DNA of 63,346 bases, counting the filler, from Gonapodya sp. JEL0774 (lineage: Eukaryota), in assembly GCA_027604505.1 (NCBI GenBank). It is 39 parts of 39 records of this genome, joined end to end, with 100 filler letters (N's around TTAATTAATTAA, not from the genome) between each part and the next. Parts side by side here need not be neighbours in the genome. Positions count along the whole stretch, not along the records: positions 61,830 to 63,346 come from JADIIX010003024.1; 38 more parts are not named here. The stretch is one strand, 5' to 3'. Position 1 is the stretch's first letter, and each line of letters opens with the position of its first letter. The translations under genes were made by a program, and so were the position numbers. The notes under the pieces were generated by a model, which worked only from the letters and a program-made list of their open reading frames with translations, did no database searches and was not told where the DNA came from. Positions 61,830 through 63,346 of the stretch are shown piece by piece.

Positions 61830-62681
61830 AGGTCATCGAAATCGGAACTGTACATCTCTTCAATGTTACCCTCAGGTCCACGTTGAGCCAAGAAAGCAGA
61901 TGACACCCTCGCCCTAAAACTCATTTGCCCTTGACTAGGTGAACCACCACCAGTTGTCTGATCAGTAAAATCTTTGCCCTGACTGCCTGGGTCGCTGCCC
62001 TCACTACCTGGTGGGCGGCTCCCCGTGGTACCTCCTGGAGCTATATTGGGCTCCCAAATTGAGGCGTACTGTTCCAGTTCTGCTCTTAATAGTGCGATGG
62101 CAGATGTACGGTCCATCCTCTGACCAACAAGTTGGGGCTGGTCAGAACGGACTCCAGTGCCTGGAATTGTGCAGGACAGCCACAGCATCATCCAATAATC
62201 ACACAGATCTGTCAACACAACAAACGGTTTGCCTTGCGCTATCCGTTGCATGCGGGCCATTGCCAACAGCACGGCGCAGGCTTGACCTACGCCAGTGTGC
62301 CCCGAGCCTGGCTTCTTGATCTCCATACCGCATAGGGCTAGTGCAACCTTCGATTCCAAAACCCCACTCGCCTGCGTGACAAGAACATCAGTAGTTCCTT
62401 TCAGAAGGATGTCTCCGATATCGACGTTGAGGAGCGTCTTGTGTGGGGCTGCGCCGAATATTTCCACACACTTCTTCTCGCAAAGTAGCTATTTCGGAGC
62501 AAGAAACGTTGATTTTCCAGAGGTCGAGATCTGCAGCGTCAACCTGTGAAAGCGCCCGCGAGCGTTTCGTCTTGATGGCCTCCTTGAGGGAGTCCACTGA
62601 CGCTAACGGGGTGGTGATAACTTCAAAAGGGTTTCTTTCACCAAGCAAGAGACAGCCGAGAGTAAGTGTCGTGGTGGCCAT
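61830..62681 (-). pseudogene. Crinkler (CRN)-like gene: ubiquitin-like header plus restriction-endonuclease-like domain, frameshifted
   Basis: MATTTLTLGCLLLGERNPFEV..SVDSLKEAIK..VDAADLDLWKINVS (CRN header). Another frame has LKGTTDVLV..GMEIKK..QACAVL..PFVVLTDLCDYW (PD-(D/E)xK type). The frame changes near 62490. Confidence 0.75.
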
Positions 62682-63346
62682 CTTGGATGCTTTGAAGGGG
62701 CGCTGAGACGCGGATGGTTCGACTGAAGCTCCGGGCGAAAAGTCTGTAGAGAGGGACCGCTTGCGGTTGCGAGAGGATGAGCGACGGGGTGGCGACTGGG
62801 GGGGCGACATCGATGTCAGTGTCCGTGTCTGCGGCAGAAAAAGACATGAAAAACGGTTGGGTGGGCCCGAGGAGTGTGGTGCTTCGTTAGGCGGAGTGCA
62901 ATCGTATTCCCTGCCCCGTCCAGGAGTTTTCGGCGGTCGGCTGGTGAACTCTCAGGGTCATATGTAGCTAGCGCTGGACAAGATACTTTGGGCAACCCAA
63001 ACAGCCACTTTGGCGAGGAAAAGGATGGTGAAGAAATTGAAAACCAACCATAAAGGTCCCAGACTCGTCGGATGCTATAAACCAAAGTCAAATGGCCGCA
63101 TGGTGACTGATTACAAGGAGTTACGGTTTTAGAATAGGCGGACTCGACGCATAAGTTAGGTCATCGTCCGGCCCCAGTCTGTCCTTGCAAAACAGTGGGG
63201 TACGATAAGCATCATGTGACAGCCTCCCTCAGTCCGCAATTCGTCCACACGATTCTTTCTCAAACCAAGACCGTTCTTCTAAGAGCGCGGAGTGTAAACC
63301 CCCGTGCTCTTGGAGTGTTTCCTCGTGTCCATCTCGCGGCGCTCTC

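Noticed and set aside
62489..62507. 19-nt GT..AG segment whose removal would fuse the CRN header and nuclease in frame
   Set aside because: Much shorter than the other introns seen here, with a weak donor and no branch point; likely coincidence unless RNA-seq shows it.

Overview
This is not one contiguous locus. It is a concatenation of 39 short contigs (about 1540 bp falling steadily to about 1517 bp, so size-sorted) joined by artificial 100-nt linkers (N44-TTAATTAATTAA-N44), and adjacency between fragments means nothing. Most fragments are pieces of intron-rich eukaryotic genes (GT-AG introns of about 50-120 nt) that look fungal: chromate transporter, PAT1, caleosin, NT5C3, DNA2, ADH, ELP2, GatC, SDR, ZIP7-like, SPATA20, GH47, UBA1, RAE1, BCAS2 and a P5B ATPase. 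Crinkler, Sel1, ankyrin and F-box family members suggest an early-diverging zoosporic fungus, possibly Gonapodya-like (inference). The most interesting content is a set of intronless, gene-dense fragments that look like a giant DNA virus (Nucleocytoviricota), endogenous or co-assembled. They carry a zinc-knuckle Nudix decapping enzyme, a DUF5760-like gene, and a shared AAAAATCAA motif just before the ATG. A divergent, intronless but fungal-Pol-II-like RPB1 and an inverted Prim-Pol pair may belong to the same element. Also present are a PNP-NB-ARC NLR-type immune gene, decayed transposons, a CpG-free tract, and a degenerate array of about 142-bp units that each contain a 60-62-nt intron-like module. 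All assignments come from motif recognition by eye; no searches were run.
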